A DNA stretch of 64,000 nucleotides from Armatimonadota bacterium (GTDB lineage: Bacteria > Armatimonadota > SYMT01): assembly GCA_046292385.1 (NCBI GenBank), contig JBKBRF010000008.1, positions 64,001 through 128,000 of the forward strand. The letters are read 5' to 3'. This document shows, piece after piece, positions 9,855 to 19,964 of this stretch; position 1 is the stretch's first letter; each line of letters begins with the position of its first letter. The position numbers and the translations under genes were made by a program. The notes under the pieces were generated by a model. It saw only the letters and a program-made list of their open reading frames with translations. It was not told the DNA's origin and made no database searches.

Positions 9855-10976
9855 TCAGTATTTCACGACGTAGCGGTAGCCTTTGTCCTGGCGCATCAGG
9901 TCGAAGGCGTCGTTGATGTTCTCGAGGGCGATCTCTTTCGTCACCATCTCGTCGATCTTCAGGCGCCCGTCCATGTACCAGTCGACCAGCCACGGAAGCT
10001 GCGTGCGGCCCTTGCAGCCGCCGAACGCGGTGCCGGTGAGCTGGCGGCCGGCGATCAGCATGCGGGGGACCACGGAGAGCTCCTCGCCGGTCTTCGCCAC
10101 GCCGATCAGGACGCACTTGCCGCCGCCGTAGCGGACCGACTCGAATGCCTGACGCATCACGGTGGTGTTGCCGGTCGCTTCGAAGCTGTAGTCGCAGCCG
10201 CCGCCGGTCAGGTCCTTCACGGCGCTGGTGGCGTTGCCGCCGAAGTCGGCCGCGTTGACCAGGTGGGTGGCGCCGAGCTGCTTCGCCATCTCCAGGCGCT
10301 CCGGCTTGAGGTCGACGGCGATGATCTTCTCCGCCAGCGCCAGCCGCGCGCCCTGCACCACGTTCAGGCCGATCGGGCCGCAGCCGAACACCGCCACGGA
10401 GGCGCCGGGGTGGACCTTGGCGGTCCAGAGCGCCGCGCCTACGCCCGTGGTGATGGCGCAGCCGAGGAGGCAGACGCGGTCGAGCGGGGCATCCTTGCGG
10501 ATCTTCGCGAGGGCGACTTCCGGCACCACGGTGTACTGGGAGAAGGTGGAGGTGCCCATGAAGTGGTAGGCATCCCGGCCCTTCCAGTGGAAGGCGGGCT
10601 TGCCGTTCATCATCACGCCCTCGTAGTAGCCCTTGTCATCCAGGTAGCTGCAGAGGTTCGTCTCCGGGTTCTTGCACTCCGGGCAGACGCCGCACTCGGA
10701 GATGTAGAGCGGCACCACGTGGTCGCCTTCCTCCAGGGAGGTAACGCCCGCGCCGCACTTCACCACCACCCCGCCGCCCTCGTGGCCCAGGATCCGGGGC
10801 GAGAGCTGGCCGTAGTCGACGTTGTCGCCGCCGCCCATGTACCAGATCTCGGTGTGGCAGAGGCCGGTGGCGTCCAGCTTCACGAGGCATTCGCCGGGAC
10901 CGGGATCGTCCACCTCGATCTCGTCGACGATCAGGGGCTTGCCAATCTCCGTGAAAATGGCGGCCTTCGATTTCAT
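9855..10976 (-). CDS. Zn-dependent alcohol dehydrogenase, class III / S-(hydroxymethyl)thiol dehydrogenase-like
   Basis: GLCHT, ILGHEGGG, structural Zn CGVCPEC...NLC, HFMGTSTFSQYTV, FGCGPIG, GTAFGG. Confidence 0.92.
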   Translation of the reverse strand: MKSKAAIFTEIGKPLIVDEIEVDDPGPGECLVKLDATGLCHTEIWYMGGGDNVDYGQLSPRILGHEGGGVVVKCGAGVTSLEEGDHVVPLYISECGVCPECKNPETNLCSYLDDKGYYEGVMMNGKPAFHWKGRDAYHFMGTSTFSQYTVVPEVALAKIRKDAPLDRVCLLGCAITTGVGAALWTAKVHPGASVAVFGCGPIGLNVVQGARLALAEKIIAVDLKPERLEMAKQLGATHLVNAADFGGNATSAVKDLTGGGCDYSFEATGNTTVMRQAFESVRYGGGKCVLIGVAKTGEELSVVPRMLIAGRQLTGTAFGGCKGRTQLPWLVDWYMDGRLKIDEMVTKEIALENINDAFDLMRQDKGYRYVVKY

Positions 10977-11204
10977 TCGGGTCTCCTTCTCAATCCGTTC
11001 TCCCGGCGAGGGGGCGGGAAGCCTCTCCGCGCGGCTCGTCCGGGAGCCAGCCAGAGGGGAGTTCGTCAGGCCGCAGGCGTGCCCCTTCTACCCGACCGCG
11101 TGCCCGAGGATGGAATTCGCTCTCCGGTGGTGAACCTGACTCCCGGCCGGTCTCGCGGAGTGGCGAGGGTTGCCGGCGCAGCGTTCAGAGAGAGGTTCTA
11201 AGGA

Positions 11205-11903
11205 ATGAATCGCTTGATCCTTCGGGCGGCCGGCTTCGCCGCGACGGCTCTGGTGGCGGGCTCCCTCATCGGCAGCGGCCCGGCCCGCGCTGCCACCGGC
11301 TGGCAGCCGCTCTTCAACGGCAAGAACTGGGACGGGTGGTACACGTGGGTTCCCGGCCACGGCAAGAACAATGATCCGGACAAGATCTTCACCATCGAGA
11401 AAGATGGCTCGATCCACGTCACCGGCGAGAAGTTCTCGTTCATCAGCACGGACAAGGACTACGAGAACTACCGCCTGAGCGTCGACTTCAAGTGGGGCCA
11501 GAAAAAGTGGCCGCCGCGGGAGAACGCCGTCCGCGACGCGGGCATCCTCTACCACTGCGTGGGGCCGGACAAGGTCTGGAACAAGTCGCTGGAGCTGCAG
11601 ATCCAGGAAGGCGACACCGGCGACATGTGGCTCACCGGCGGCGAGGGCGGCGCGCCGTCGCTCACGGTGCTCGGCAAGACCTACACCGGCGGCCGCGTGG
11701 TGAAGTGGTCCGACCCGGAGAAGCCGCATGGCCAGTGGAACACCGTGATGGTGGTGGCGAAGGGCGACAAGATCGAGCACTGGGTGAACGGCAAGGTGAA
11801 CATGGTCGGCACCGACGCCAGCCTCACCAAGGGCCGTATCAACCTTCAGTCCGAGGGTGCGGAGCTCTGGTACCGCAACATCATGATCGAACCGATCGAG
11901 TAG
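11205..11903 (+). CDS. Secreted DUF1080 (3-keto-disaccharide hydrolase family) protein
   Basis: Signal peptide, WQPLFNGKNWDGW, ELQIQEGDTGD, EKPHGQWN, GRINLQSEG. Confidence 0.9.
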   Translation: MNRLILRAAGFAATALVAGSLIGSGPARAATGWQPLFNGKNWDGWYTWVPGHGKNNDPDKIFTIEKDGSIHVTGEKFSFISTDKDYENYRLSVDFKWGQKKWPPRENAVRDAGILYHCVGPDKVWNKSLELQIQEGDTGDMWLTGGEGGAPSLTVLGKTYTGGRVVKWSDPEKPHGQWNTVMVVAKGDKIEHWVNGKVNMVGTDASLTKGRINLQSEGAELWYRNIMIEPIE

Positions 11904-11982
11904 CTCCTCGGTCGTGCTGATTGGCTTCCGCTTTCCCGCGGGAGCGTGCTTAAGGATGCGGCAGCCTCTCTCGGGGGGCTGC

Positions 11983-12171
11983 CGTATTCCGTATCGCGTA
12001 TTGCGTGTGAGGAGCTTCTGCCGCTTTGCGGAAGCGGTCGAGCCACCGGGGAGGTGCCGGCTCCCACTCGCCCGCGGACTGCGTCTGGAACGAGGAACGG
12101 GGCTCTCCGATGGCCCGAGATGCGCCGCCGAAGAGCCCCGCTTCCACACGGAATACGCGTTACGGAATACG
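11983..12171. repeat. Inverted pair of (CGTATTS)n heptamer tracts
   Basis: CGTATTCCGTATCGCGTATTGCGT at 11983-12006 and ACGGAATACGCGTTACGGAATACG at 12148-12171, between convergent genes. Confidence 0.75.
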
Positions 12172-12173
12172 CC

Positions 12174-13028
12174 CTACGCCGCCGGCGGGAGCTTCTCCAC
12201 CGCGGCGCGGACCGCTTCCAGGCACTTGCGGATGTCCGCGATCGGGTCCATCGGGTTCTCTTCGTACTCCAGCGCCAGGACGTCGCTGAACTTCACGTCG
12301 CGAAGGGCGCGGAGCGTGCCGACCAGGTCGAGGTCACCTTCTCCCAGGATCGTGAACTTGGTGGTGTCCTTCACGTCCTTCAGGTGGCAGCCGTAGACCC
12401 GCTCGCCGAGCGTCTCGATCACCTTCACCGGGTTCTCGCTGGAACGGAGGAAGTGGCCGGTGTCGACGCAGGCGCCGATCAGCTTGTGCCGGCCGTTGAC
12501 CGCCTTCGTCACGTCTTCCAGCTTGTCGTAGCGATGGCCGGGACCGTGGTTGTGGATGGCGATCTTGATGTTGAACTCCTGGACCAGCTCTTCCAGGTTG
12601 TCGAACGACTCCGGCGCGGGGTCGGCGCTGATCGTCGGAATCCCCATCGCCTTCGCCGCCTCGAAGACCTCGCGGTTCTTCGCCTTGTCCGCTCCGAAGG
12701 CAGCGACGCCGTGTGCCATCATGCGGACGCGCGCGGCACGCAGCTTCTCCCGCAGCGCCATGATCTCCCCCGCGTTGGTGGTGAGCGGAATGTGGCCGCC
12801 GTAGGCCTCCCACGCGCGCACACCGAGGGCGTTGGTGTGCTGAAGCGCCTCGTCCAGTTTGTAGCCGCGCAGGGAGTAGCTCTGGAGGCCCATCCGGAAC
12901 GGGCCGTAGCGGCGGCGGCGCTGGTCCTGCTCCTGCGCGGAGAGCGCGGAGAGCGGGGCGGCGGCGAGGGCCGCGCCGGCGGTCCACCGCAGCATCTCGC
13001 GGCGATCCATCCTGGTATTGACTGACAT
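12174..13028 (-). CDS. Sugar phosphate isomerase/epimerase (TIM barrel) with Tat signal
   Basis: DRREML twin-arginine leader, GLQSYSLR, IAIHNHGP, CVDTGHF, HLKD, ALEYE. Confidence 0.9.
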   Translation of the reverse strand: MSVNTRMDRREMLRWTAGAALAAAPLSALSAQEQDQRRRRYGPFRMGLQSYSLRGYKLDEALQHTNALGVRAWEAYGGHIPLTTNAGEIMALREKLRAARVRMMAHGVAAFGADKAKNREVFEAAKAMGIPTISADPAPESFDNLEELVQEFNIKIAIHNHGPGHRYDKLEDVTKAVNGRHKLIGACVDTGHFLRSSENPVKVIETLGERVYGCHLKDVKDTTKFTILGEGDLDLVGTLRALRDVKFSDVLALEYEENPMDPIADIRKCLEAVRAAVEKLPPAA

Positions 13029-13124
13029 CGGGTTCCTGCCTCTCCGTCGCCGCCATCGGCGACCATCGAACGGGACTAACGGCAAAATCCCCTATAGGTC
13101 AGTCGTGCGGGATCGTTCTCCCTC

Positions 13125-13937
13125 TCACGCGCCCGCTCGCTGGGGCATGGCTCTTACGCTGCGCATGATGCGGGCCAGCCGCCGGTAGAGCGCGCCGGCG
13201 ACCCTCCGCCACGGTGGAGGGTAGAGGTGACACGATTTCGGCGGCAGCCCCCGCGCCAGCAGCGCCTCCCGGCAGCGGGCGTAGTCGTACGGCACCGCCT
13301 GGAATTGGGCCTGCTCCCGGTCGAGATCGAGGACCAGCACCTGCGCCGCGACCCGGCGCTCCCGCGACTGCCCCACGCTGCCGGGGTTCAGCAGCATCCG
13401 GACGTGCAGCGGGATGCCGGCGGCGCGGCCGCGGGCGAGGGTCCCCTCTCCCTCCGCAAAGGCCCACGCGCGGTGCGTGTGCCCCAGCACCACCATCCGG
13501 GCGCCGGGATGGAGCCGGTCCAGGAGCGCGAGCTGCTCCTCCGCCTGGTCCGGCCGGGTGACGTACTCCTGCGGGTCTTCCAGCGATCCGTGTGCCAGCA
13601 CTACGCCGCCCTCCACCTCCAGCCGCTCCGGCAGCGCGGCGAGGTAGGCGCGGGTGTCGTCCCGCAGCTGCTCTCGCGTCCAGTTCAGGCTGTCGCGGGC
13701 GAGGGTGATGCAGCGGTCGGTGGTGAGGCGCCCCAGCGCGATCAGGTCGTGGTTGCCCGCCACGCACGCGGCGCCGAGCTCCGCCACCCGCTCGACGCAC
13801 TCGTTCGGGTGCGGACCGTAGCCGACCAGGTCCCCCGTGCAGAGGAAGCGGTCGACCCCCTCCCGCCGCAGCGCTTCGACCGCGGCCTCCAGGGCGGGCA
13901 GGTTGGCGTGGATATCGGAGAGGATGCCGTAGCGCAT
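13125..13937 (-). CDS. Metallophosphoesterase (calcineurin-like)
   Basis: SDIHAN, GDLVGYG, GNHD, AHGS, GHTH, NPGSVGQ. Confidence 0.93.
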   Translation of the reverse strand: MRYGILSDIHANLPALEAAVEALRREGVDRFLCTGDLVGYGPHPNECVERVAELGAACVAGNHDLIALGRLTTDRCITLARDSLNWTREQLRDDTRAYLAALPERLEVEGGVVLAHGSLEDPQEYVTRPDQAEEQLALLDRLHPGARMVVLGHTHRAWAFAEGEGTLARGRAAGIPLHVRMLLNPGSVGQSRERRVAAQVLVLDLDREQAQFQAVPYDYARCREALLARGLPPKSCHLYPPPWRRVAGALYRRLARIMRSVRAMPQRAGA

Positions 13938-14044
13938 AGCGGTGAGCTCTGTTTCAGGTTTGCAGGTTAACAGGTTGCAGGTTGGAACCAGCTTTCGCAT
14001 CCCGGAACCTGGAACTTGAAAAACTGCAACCTGCTAACAGCGAG

Positions 14045-15229
14045 TTAATGACCGGCCTGCGCGAGCAGCGGACCGCCGGGACGGCGGAGGGCGCGGGAGA
14101 GGCGCCGCCAGACTACGCCGCGGAGGAACGGCATCGGGTCGTCGATTGCCACGGCCGACTTCGCCTCGCAGGAGAGCGCCCAGGGCACCCACTGGTGGAC
14201 GGGAACGCCCCACCCGCGGGAGGCCATCGCGTCGTACCACAGGTAGCACCAGCGAGCGTCCGGCTTGCGGAGCGCCACCTCCGGGCGCGGCAGGCCAGCC
14301 AGGTCTGCGTAGACCACCGCCGGCAGGTTCACCCCGGCCACGGCGCCCAGGTGGTGCCACAGGTTGAAGCGGGGGTTCACCTCCAGCAGGTACAGGCTGC
14401 CGTCCGGGGCGCGCTTGAAGTCGAGCTTCGCCACGCCGCGGAAGCCCATCCGCCGCGCCAGCTCCCGCCCCAGCTCCGCCACGTCGGCGGCGCGGGTGAG
14501 GGAAAGCGCGGTGCTGTAGCCGCACTCCACCGGGTAGGTGCGGACCTTCTTCCCGGTAAACTCCGCCGCCACGAACCCCTCCGCGTCGACGTACGCGTGG
14601 TAGCTCTCGATGGCGGTCTCCGGACCGTCGATCCACTCCTGGACCAGCACCTCCAGCTCCGCTTCGGCCAGCCGAGCCCACAGCTCCCGGAGCGCCGCCG
14701 GGCTCTCCACGCGCAGCGCCTTGTTCGCGCCGGCGATCGGCATCCACGACTCGGTCTTCCGCGTGAGCGGCTTTACCACCAGCGGGTAGCGGAGCCCCTC
14801 CGCCGCGTCCGGGCCGGTCTGGTGCGGGGCGGCCCGGCGGGTCCGGGGCACCGGCAGCTCCAACCGCTCCGCCAGCACCTGGAACCGGGCCTTGTCGACC
14901 AGGTCCTCCGTCAGCTCCCGGTCCGGCACCACGAAGCGGAACGCGCCCGCGAGCCGGTCCCGGTAGCGGGAGGTCAGCAGCAGGCTCCGGTCTTCCTGGT
15001 AGAAGAGCACCGGCGGCGCCGGCTGCTTCGCGGCGAACTCCAGCAGGCGCGAGACGAGCGCCTCCGGCTCTTTCCACGGGTCGAGCCAGCCGATCCGCGC
15101 CTCGGTGAAGCGCGAGTAGCAGGTCGGGTCCCCCTCCTCCACCACCACGGCGCACCGGATCCCCGCCAGCCCGAGGGCGCGGACCAGGTCGATGTCTCCC
15201 ATCACACAGGCCAGCGGTCTGGCAGTCAT
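14045..15229 (-). CDS. ATP-grasp carboxylate-amine ligase (D-aspartate ligase-like)
   Basis: DKARFQ, YPLVVKP, LVQEWIDG, KLDFKR, LLEVNPRFNLW, GVNLP. ATGA overlap with the upstream GNAT stop. Confidence 0.85.
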   Translation of the reverse strand: MTARPLACVMGDIDLVRALGLAGIRCAVVVEEGDPTCYSRFTEARIGWLDPWKEPEALVSRLLEFAAKQPAPPVLFYQEDRSLLLTSRYRDRLAGAFRFVVPDRELTEDLVDKARFQVLAERLELPVPRTRRAAPHQTGPDAAEGLRYPLVVKPLTRKTESWMPIAGANKALRVESPAALRELWARLAEAELEVLVQEWIDGPETAIESYHAYVDAEGFVAAEFTGKKVRTYPVECGYSTALSLTRAADVAELGRELARRMGFRGVAKLDFKRAPDGSLYLLEVNPRFNLWHHLGAVAGVNLPAVVYADLAGLPRPEVALRKPDARWCYLWYDAMASRGWGVPVHQWVPWALSCEAKSAVAIDDPMPFLRGVVWRRLSRALRRPGGPLLAQAGH

Positions 15230-16425
15230 GGCATGCTCTCCCGTACGGCCGGGGCGCGGTGCCCGCGGAGTCGCTCCGCCACGCCGAGCGGCAGCAGCGC
15301 GGCCGGCTTGCTCTTTCGCGTGACCCAGAGCTGCAGCGCGGCGCGCGCGAAGGCGTAGCTCTTCAGCCGCCAGCGCGGCGCCACGAGCAGCACAAACGCC
15401 AGCATCCCGCTGAGCGTGGGCGGGTAGAGCGCCAGGTAGCGGATGGCGCGCGTGAACATCGTCCGCTCCGCCTTGTACACCTCGTCGCCGCTCATGAAGT
15501 CGTATTCCCGCCGGCCGCTCTCCCACGCGCGCTGGATGGAGAGGCAGTCGAGCACGCCCCCGGGCGAGAACTTGCGGTAGTCCTCGTCGTAGGCGCCCTG
15601 GTAGAGCCAGATCCGCTCCGGCGTGAGGAAGTTGATCTCGAAGGCGACCGGCTGGCCGTCCATCCGGGCGATCCAGAGCTCCATCTCCTCGCCGCCGCCG
15701 AGCGCCAGGAGCGCCCGACGCAGCAGCTCCTGCCCCTCGCCCGGCTGGAACCGCGCCACGCCTTCGCGTCCCTTCCACGAGCGCGCCTCGATCGCCGCCA
15801 CCTCCTCCACGCGCGCCGCCGCCTCCGCGCCGACGTAGCGCTCCACCGTGCCGCCCTCCTTCAGCCACTTGCGGCCGGCCTTCTGCATCCGCTTCAACCA
15901 GCCGGGGCCGCGGGCGCAGAGCGCGGTCCAGTCGGCGTCCATGGCGGTGTACGGAGCGGTAGTCCCCTCCACCCCCGCGGAGCGGAGGCCCTTCGGCGCG
16001 GGGACGCGCGTCAGCTCCGAGTAGCCGTCGCCAAGCTGCCGGAGCACCGCGAGGTCCCATTCCCCGCGGCGGCGCTGAAGCTCGTCCAGCAGCAGCCGCT
16101 CCGCCTCGGGGCAGTCCGCCGCAAAGAGGAAGCCGAGGTAGTCCGAGCGGCCGTCGCCGATGAATCTCAGCACGCGGAAGCCGAGCTGGCGCTCCCGGCG
16201 CAGCGGCGCCACGCCGACCAGCTCCCCGCCGCGCCGGGCGGTGAGCACGTACGGCTCGCAGCCGGCGCAGAGCTGCTCCCAGCAGATCTCGGTCCAGTCG
16301 AAGCTAAGGAATGGGTTGCGGGGAGCGCTCCGAGCGTAGAGCGCTCCCCATTCTTCACGCAGCGCCCGGAGCTCGCCGGGTGTGCGGAGACATTCGATGG
16401 TCGTTCCGGAGTTGTCCAGGGACAT
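15226..16425 (-). CDS. GNAT family protein, CelD/BcsL-like
   Basis: W..LY....NPFLSFDW, LVGVAPL, SDYLGFL, YQGAYDEDYRKFSPG, YDFMSGDEVYK. Confidence 0.88.
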   Translation of the reverse strand: MSLDNSGTTIECLRTPGELRALREEWGALYARSAPRNPFLSFDWTEICWEQLCAGCEPYVLTARRGGELVGVAPLRRERQLGFRVLRFIGDGRSDYLGFLFAADCPEAERLLLDELQRRRGEWDLAVLRQLGDGYSELTRVPAPKGLRSAGVEGTTAPYTAMDADWTALCARGPGWLKRMQKAGRKWLKEGGTVERYVGAEAAARVEEVAAIEARSWKGREGVARFQPGEGQELLRRALLALGGGEEMELWIARMDGQPVAFEINFLTPERIWLYQGAYDEDYRKFSPGGVLDCLSIQRAWESGRREYDFMSGDEVYKAERTMFTRAIRYLALYPPTLSGMLAFVLLVAPRWRLKSYAFARAALQLWVTRKSKPAALLPLGVAERLRGHRAPAVRESMP

Positions 16426-16751
16426 GGCTTGCTTTTATTGGGAGGCCGGCCGCAGCCGGGCCTGTTGCTTGAGTCTCTAGCGCGGACTTTCAGGCGGCTC
16501 CATCGGGCGTCTGACGCCGGAGCCCGGGGCCCGTCGATCCTGCATCCGGCCGATACTACCCCGGCGTCTGGATCTCAAACCCTTCCCCGGGAACGGAGCG
16601 GGCGCTCTTGCCGGGAGCGGTTCCCTTGCGAGCGCCGGGAGGGCTTGCGGTTTAGGTGGGGGCGTGCCGGGTAGAAGGGAGTGGCCGGCCGGTTCGCGGC
16701 TGGGTTGCAATCCAGCGTGTGAAGGCGAGGATGACCTCATCTTGCAGGAAG

Positions 16752-17422
16752 CGGCATCTCTTCGAAGTTCCACCCCGTGCCCTCACCGGGGGGAGCGGCC
16801 CTCCCGCGTGTTTGGCCCTCCCTCAGCCCTTTCACGCTCCGGCTGCGCCTCCGCTAGCGGGCTGGTCCGGGCGTGCTCTTCGCCAGGCTGTGCTCCGCGT
16901 TCGCAGGCTGCGGTGTCTCCATCACGGCGACTCACGGGCCGCTCCCCCCGGCTCAAGCAACCACCCCTCGCCAGGGGTGGTCACAAGGGGAGCCCTCCGC
17001 CGCTGCCTTCGGCCGCGCCTCCGTGCTCCTTTGGACTGGCTGGCTGCGTCGTGACTGGCTCGGTAGTCCAGAACTCGGACGTCCAGAGGGGCAGCCGCAG
17101 GCTGGACCGGAGGACGGCACCTGTGACCACCCCTGGGCGCCAGGGGTGGTCGCTCGACGGCGGCCGGTTCAGCCCGTTAACCCGGGTTTTGGTGAGATGG
17201 GGGGCCGTGGCGCGGGAAGAGCTTCACGCGGCGCACTCCCGGAGCGGCCTGCTAGCGGAGGCGAAGCCGGAGCGTGAAAAGGCCGCGGAGGGCTCTCGCC
17301 GCGGGAGGGCTGAACCGACCGACTAGGGCGCGGGGTCGGTCCGGCGGTGCCGACGCCGCTCTGAGTTCAGAAATGCCCCGTGTCCGAGTGAGGGCACGGG
17401 GTGGAACCCCGGGGAGATGCCG
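16752..17422 (-). repeat. Large palindromic non-coding element, copy 2 (reverse orientation, extra B-type end)
   Basis: Reverse-complement homolog of 7143-7720. Bounded by a perfect 20-bp inverted repeat GTTCCACCCCGTGCCCTCAC (16767-16786 / 17388-17407). Confidence 0.9.
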
Positions 17423-17474
17423 TCACCGGGAAGTAATCCTACAGAAACGGTCAAGAGAAGAGACAAAGAACACG

Positions 17475-18692
17475 ATGCGCATCCTCCTCCTCACCAGCTA
17501 CTTCCCCCGCTCCACCGACCCGGTGCGCGGCATGTTCAACTACCAGCAGGCGCACGCGCTGGCGCGGCACTGCGAGGTGAAGGTGGTGGCGCCGGTGCAG
17601 TGGTTCCCGGTGCGACTCTGGCACGGGGCCGGGCCGGACTCCGCCCCGTACCGGGAGACCGTGGGCGAGCTGACCACGTGGCACCCGCGCTACTTCCTGC
17701 CGCCGCGGATTGGGCGGGACTTCTACTCGCTGCAGATGGCGGCGTGGGTGCTGCCGCGGTTGGCCCGCATCCGGCGGGAGTACCCGTTCGACGTCCTCCT
17801 CGCCACCTGGGCGTTCCCGGACGTGATCGTCGGCGCGCTGGCCGCGCGGTTGTGGAACGTGCCGCTGCTGGCGAAGGTCCACGGCAGCGACATCAACGTG
17901 CAGACCGACTTCCCCCTGCGGCGAAAGCAGATCCGCTGGGCGCTGGACCAGGCGCACCGGGTCCTCGCGGTGAGCGGCGCGCTGCGCGAGCGGCTGATCG
18001 GCCTCGGCGTGCCGGCGGAGCGGATCATGGTCCACCACAACGGGGTCGACCGCGAGCGCTTCCGCCCCGGTGACCGCGCGGAGGCCCGTCGTCATCTGAA
18101 GATCCCGGTCGAGGGGAAGGCGCTGGTCTACGTCGGCTACATGAATCCACCCAAGGCGGTGAACGTGCTGATCGACGCCCTGGGGGAGCTGCGCGCCTCC
18201 GGCCGGCTCGACTTCACCGCACACCTGGTCGGCTGCGGCCCGCTCAAGGAGGACCTGGAGGCGCAGGCCCGCTCCCTCGGGCTGGCGGAGTCGGTCGTCT
18301 TTCACGGTCGCCGGCCGCACGACGAGATCCCGCACTGGATGCGCGCCGCGGACGTCTTCTGCCTCCCGAGCATCCGGGAAGGCTGCCCGAACGTGGTGCT
18401 GGAAGCGCTCGCGAGCGGCTGCCCGCTCGTCTCTACGAGGGTCGGGAGCGTGCCGGATATGGTCGACCCTACCGCCGCCGTCCTCGTCCCGCCCGGCGAG
18501 TCCTCCCCCCTGGCGGAGGGGATCCGCACGGCGCTCGACCGGCAGTGGGATCCGGAGGCGCTGCGACGCAGCGTGAGCCACTACGACTGGGATACCAGCG
18601 CCCGCGCCCTCTACGAGGCGGCGTGCGAGGCGGTAGAGCTGCGGAGGGCGCCCCAGCCGGAGCGAGCGCTCGCGGCTAACTCGGAGGGGTAG
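17475..18692 (+). CDS. GT4 family glycosyltransferase (TuaC-like)
   Basis: MRILLLTSYFP, KVHGSDIN, HNGVDRERFRP, ADVFCLPSIREGCPNVVLEALASG (E-x7-E). Confidence 0.93.
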   Translation: MRILLLTSYFPRSTDPVRGMFNYQQAHALARHCEVKVVAPVQWFPVRLWHGAGPDSAPYRETVGELTTWHPRYFLPPRIGRDFYSLQMAAWVLPRLARIRREYPFDVLLATWAFPDVIVGALAARLWNVPLLAKVHGSDINVQTDFPLRRKQIRWALDQAHRVLAVSGALRERLIGLGVPAERIMVHHNGVDRERFRPGDRAEARRHLKIPVEGKALVYVGYMNPPKAVNVLIDALGELRASGRLDFTAHLVGCGPLKEDLEAQARSLGLAESVVFHGRRPHDEIPHWMRAADVFCLPSIREGCPNVVLEALASGCPLVSTRVGSVPDMVDPTAAVLVPPGESSPLAEGIRTALDRQWDPEALRRSVSHYDWDTSARALYEAACEAVELRRAPQPERALAANSEG

Positions 18693-18694
18693 AG

Positions 18695-18828
18695 CTTCCG
18701 GGCGGTTGAAACCGCGGCAACCACGGCACGAAGTCCCCCTCCGGGGACTCGGGACAGCCTGGTTCGGGCGTCCGGAGGACGCTTGGCCGCAGGCCGCACA
18801 GCGAGGTATTCTAATGCCTCGCGGCCCG
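18695..18828 (+). repeat. REP-like composite repeat, family R3
   Basis: CTTCCGG.CGGTTGAAACCGCGGCAACCACGGCACGAAGT...CGTCCGGAGGACGCT...GCGAGGTA..AATGCCTCGCGG. Homologs at 36663-36816 (rc) and 56856-56920. Confidence 0.85.
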
Positions 18829-19079
18829 GCGCGCGGCTATCCGGCCGCTTCCGCTGCGGCTACCGCCGGGCGAGCTGATCCAGCTTCTGCTCCACCACGC
18901 CGATACCGCAGAGCAGAAGCCCGGAGACCCGGCGTTCCCCCGATGAGCCCCCCTTCTCGCTCCATTGGTACTTCCCGTATGGCACCAGCCGGTCCGTATC
19001 GAACCAACCGGTATGCGTTCCTCCGCTGCTCACGGGTGAGCGCGACGGTACGAGGGCGGGAAGCGCGGCGGGTGGACCG

Positions 19080-19790
19080 ATGCTAGAGATCAGGCACAAG
19101 CGTTCCGGAAAGCTCCTCTACCGCAGTGACGACTGGAGAGTCGACGCCCGCGGGCGGGAGCTCATCGGCGCTCACCTGTCCGGATGGAGCCTGCGGGAGG
19201 CGCGACTCCGTGGCGTCGATCTCCGCGGCAGCAGCCTGGACGGTGCGGACCTGAGCGGTGCCGATCTGCGCGGTGCCCGTTTTCGCGGAGCCTCCTTTCG
19301 GGATGCCGTTGCCATCCCCGCGGGTGCGCTGGCCGCACTACTCCTGGCGTTTGCCGGGACCACTCCGTCGATCTGGCGGAACTGGTGGCTCAACCCGAGT
19401 CTCTACTTCGGGGTGATGGTGGCCGGCGCACTGGTCGTTTCACTCCGCTCGGACCGGGCGCTCTTTGAAGACGCCACCCTGGACGGCGCACAACTGGACG
19501 GTGCCCACTACGACCGAGAGACCACCTGGCCGCGCGGCTTCGATCCCCAGGCTCATGGCGCCGTGCGGGTCCAGCCCGCCGCGGCCGCGAGCCGGGGGCC
19601 GTTCTCGATCCTGAAGCGGATCGACCTTTCGCTGGTCGTCGCGGCGCTCCTCGCCTGCTCCGCGGTCGGGTTCATCGTCGTCGGCTTCGAAGACGGGAAT
19701 TGGCTGCGCCTTTCGGCAGGCATCTCCAACACGTTCATGGCGGGGTGGCTCCTCTGGTCCCGCCGTCGAGTTGCCGGGGAGGCGGAGTGA
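19080..19790 (+). CDS. Pentapeptide-repeat membrane protein
   Basis: A(D/R)LxG pentapeptide tract, GAHYDRETTWPRGFDPQAHGA cap motif, several TM segments. Confidence 0.8.
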   Translation: MLEIRHKRSGKLLYRSDDWRVDARGRELIGAHLSGWSLREARLRGVDLRGSSLDGADLSGADLRGARFRGASFRDAVAIPAGALAALLLAFAGTTPSIWRNWWLNPSLYFGVMVAGALVVSLRSDRALFEDATLDGAQLDGAHYDRETTWPRGFDPQAHGAVRVQPAAAASRGPFSILKRIDLSLVVAALLACSAVGFIVVGFEDGNWLRLSAGISNTFMAGWLLWSRRRVAGEAE

Positions 19791-19964
19791 CCGCGGCGGA
19801 AGTCGAGGAGCTCGAGGGGCGCTGTCTGGAGCGAGCGCGGGCGCAGCCTCTCATCGCCGCGACAGGCTACCTGCCGGTGCTGGATGCAGGAGGCGTTCCG
19901 CAGCGTGGTCGCGGAGACAGGCGCGTAGCCGCCGAGGTTTCGGAGCTACCGGAGCAATCAGAGC

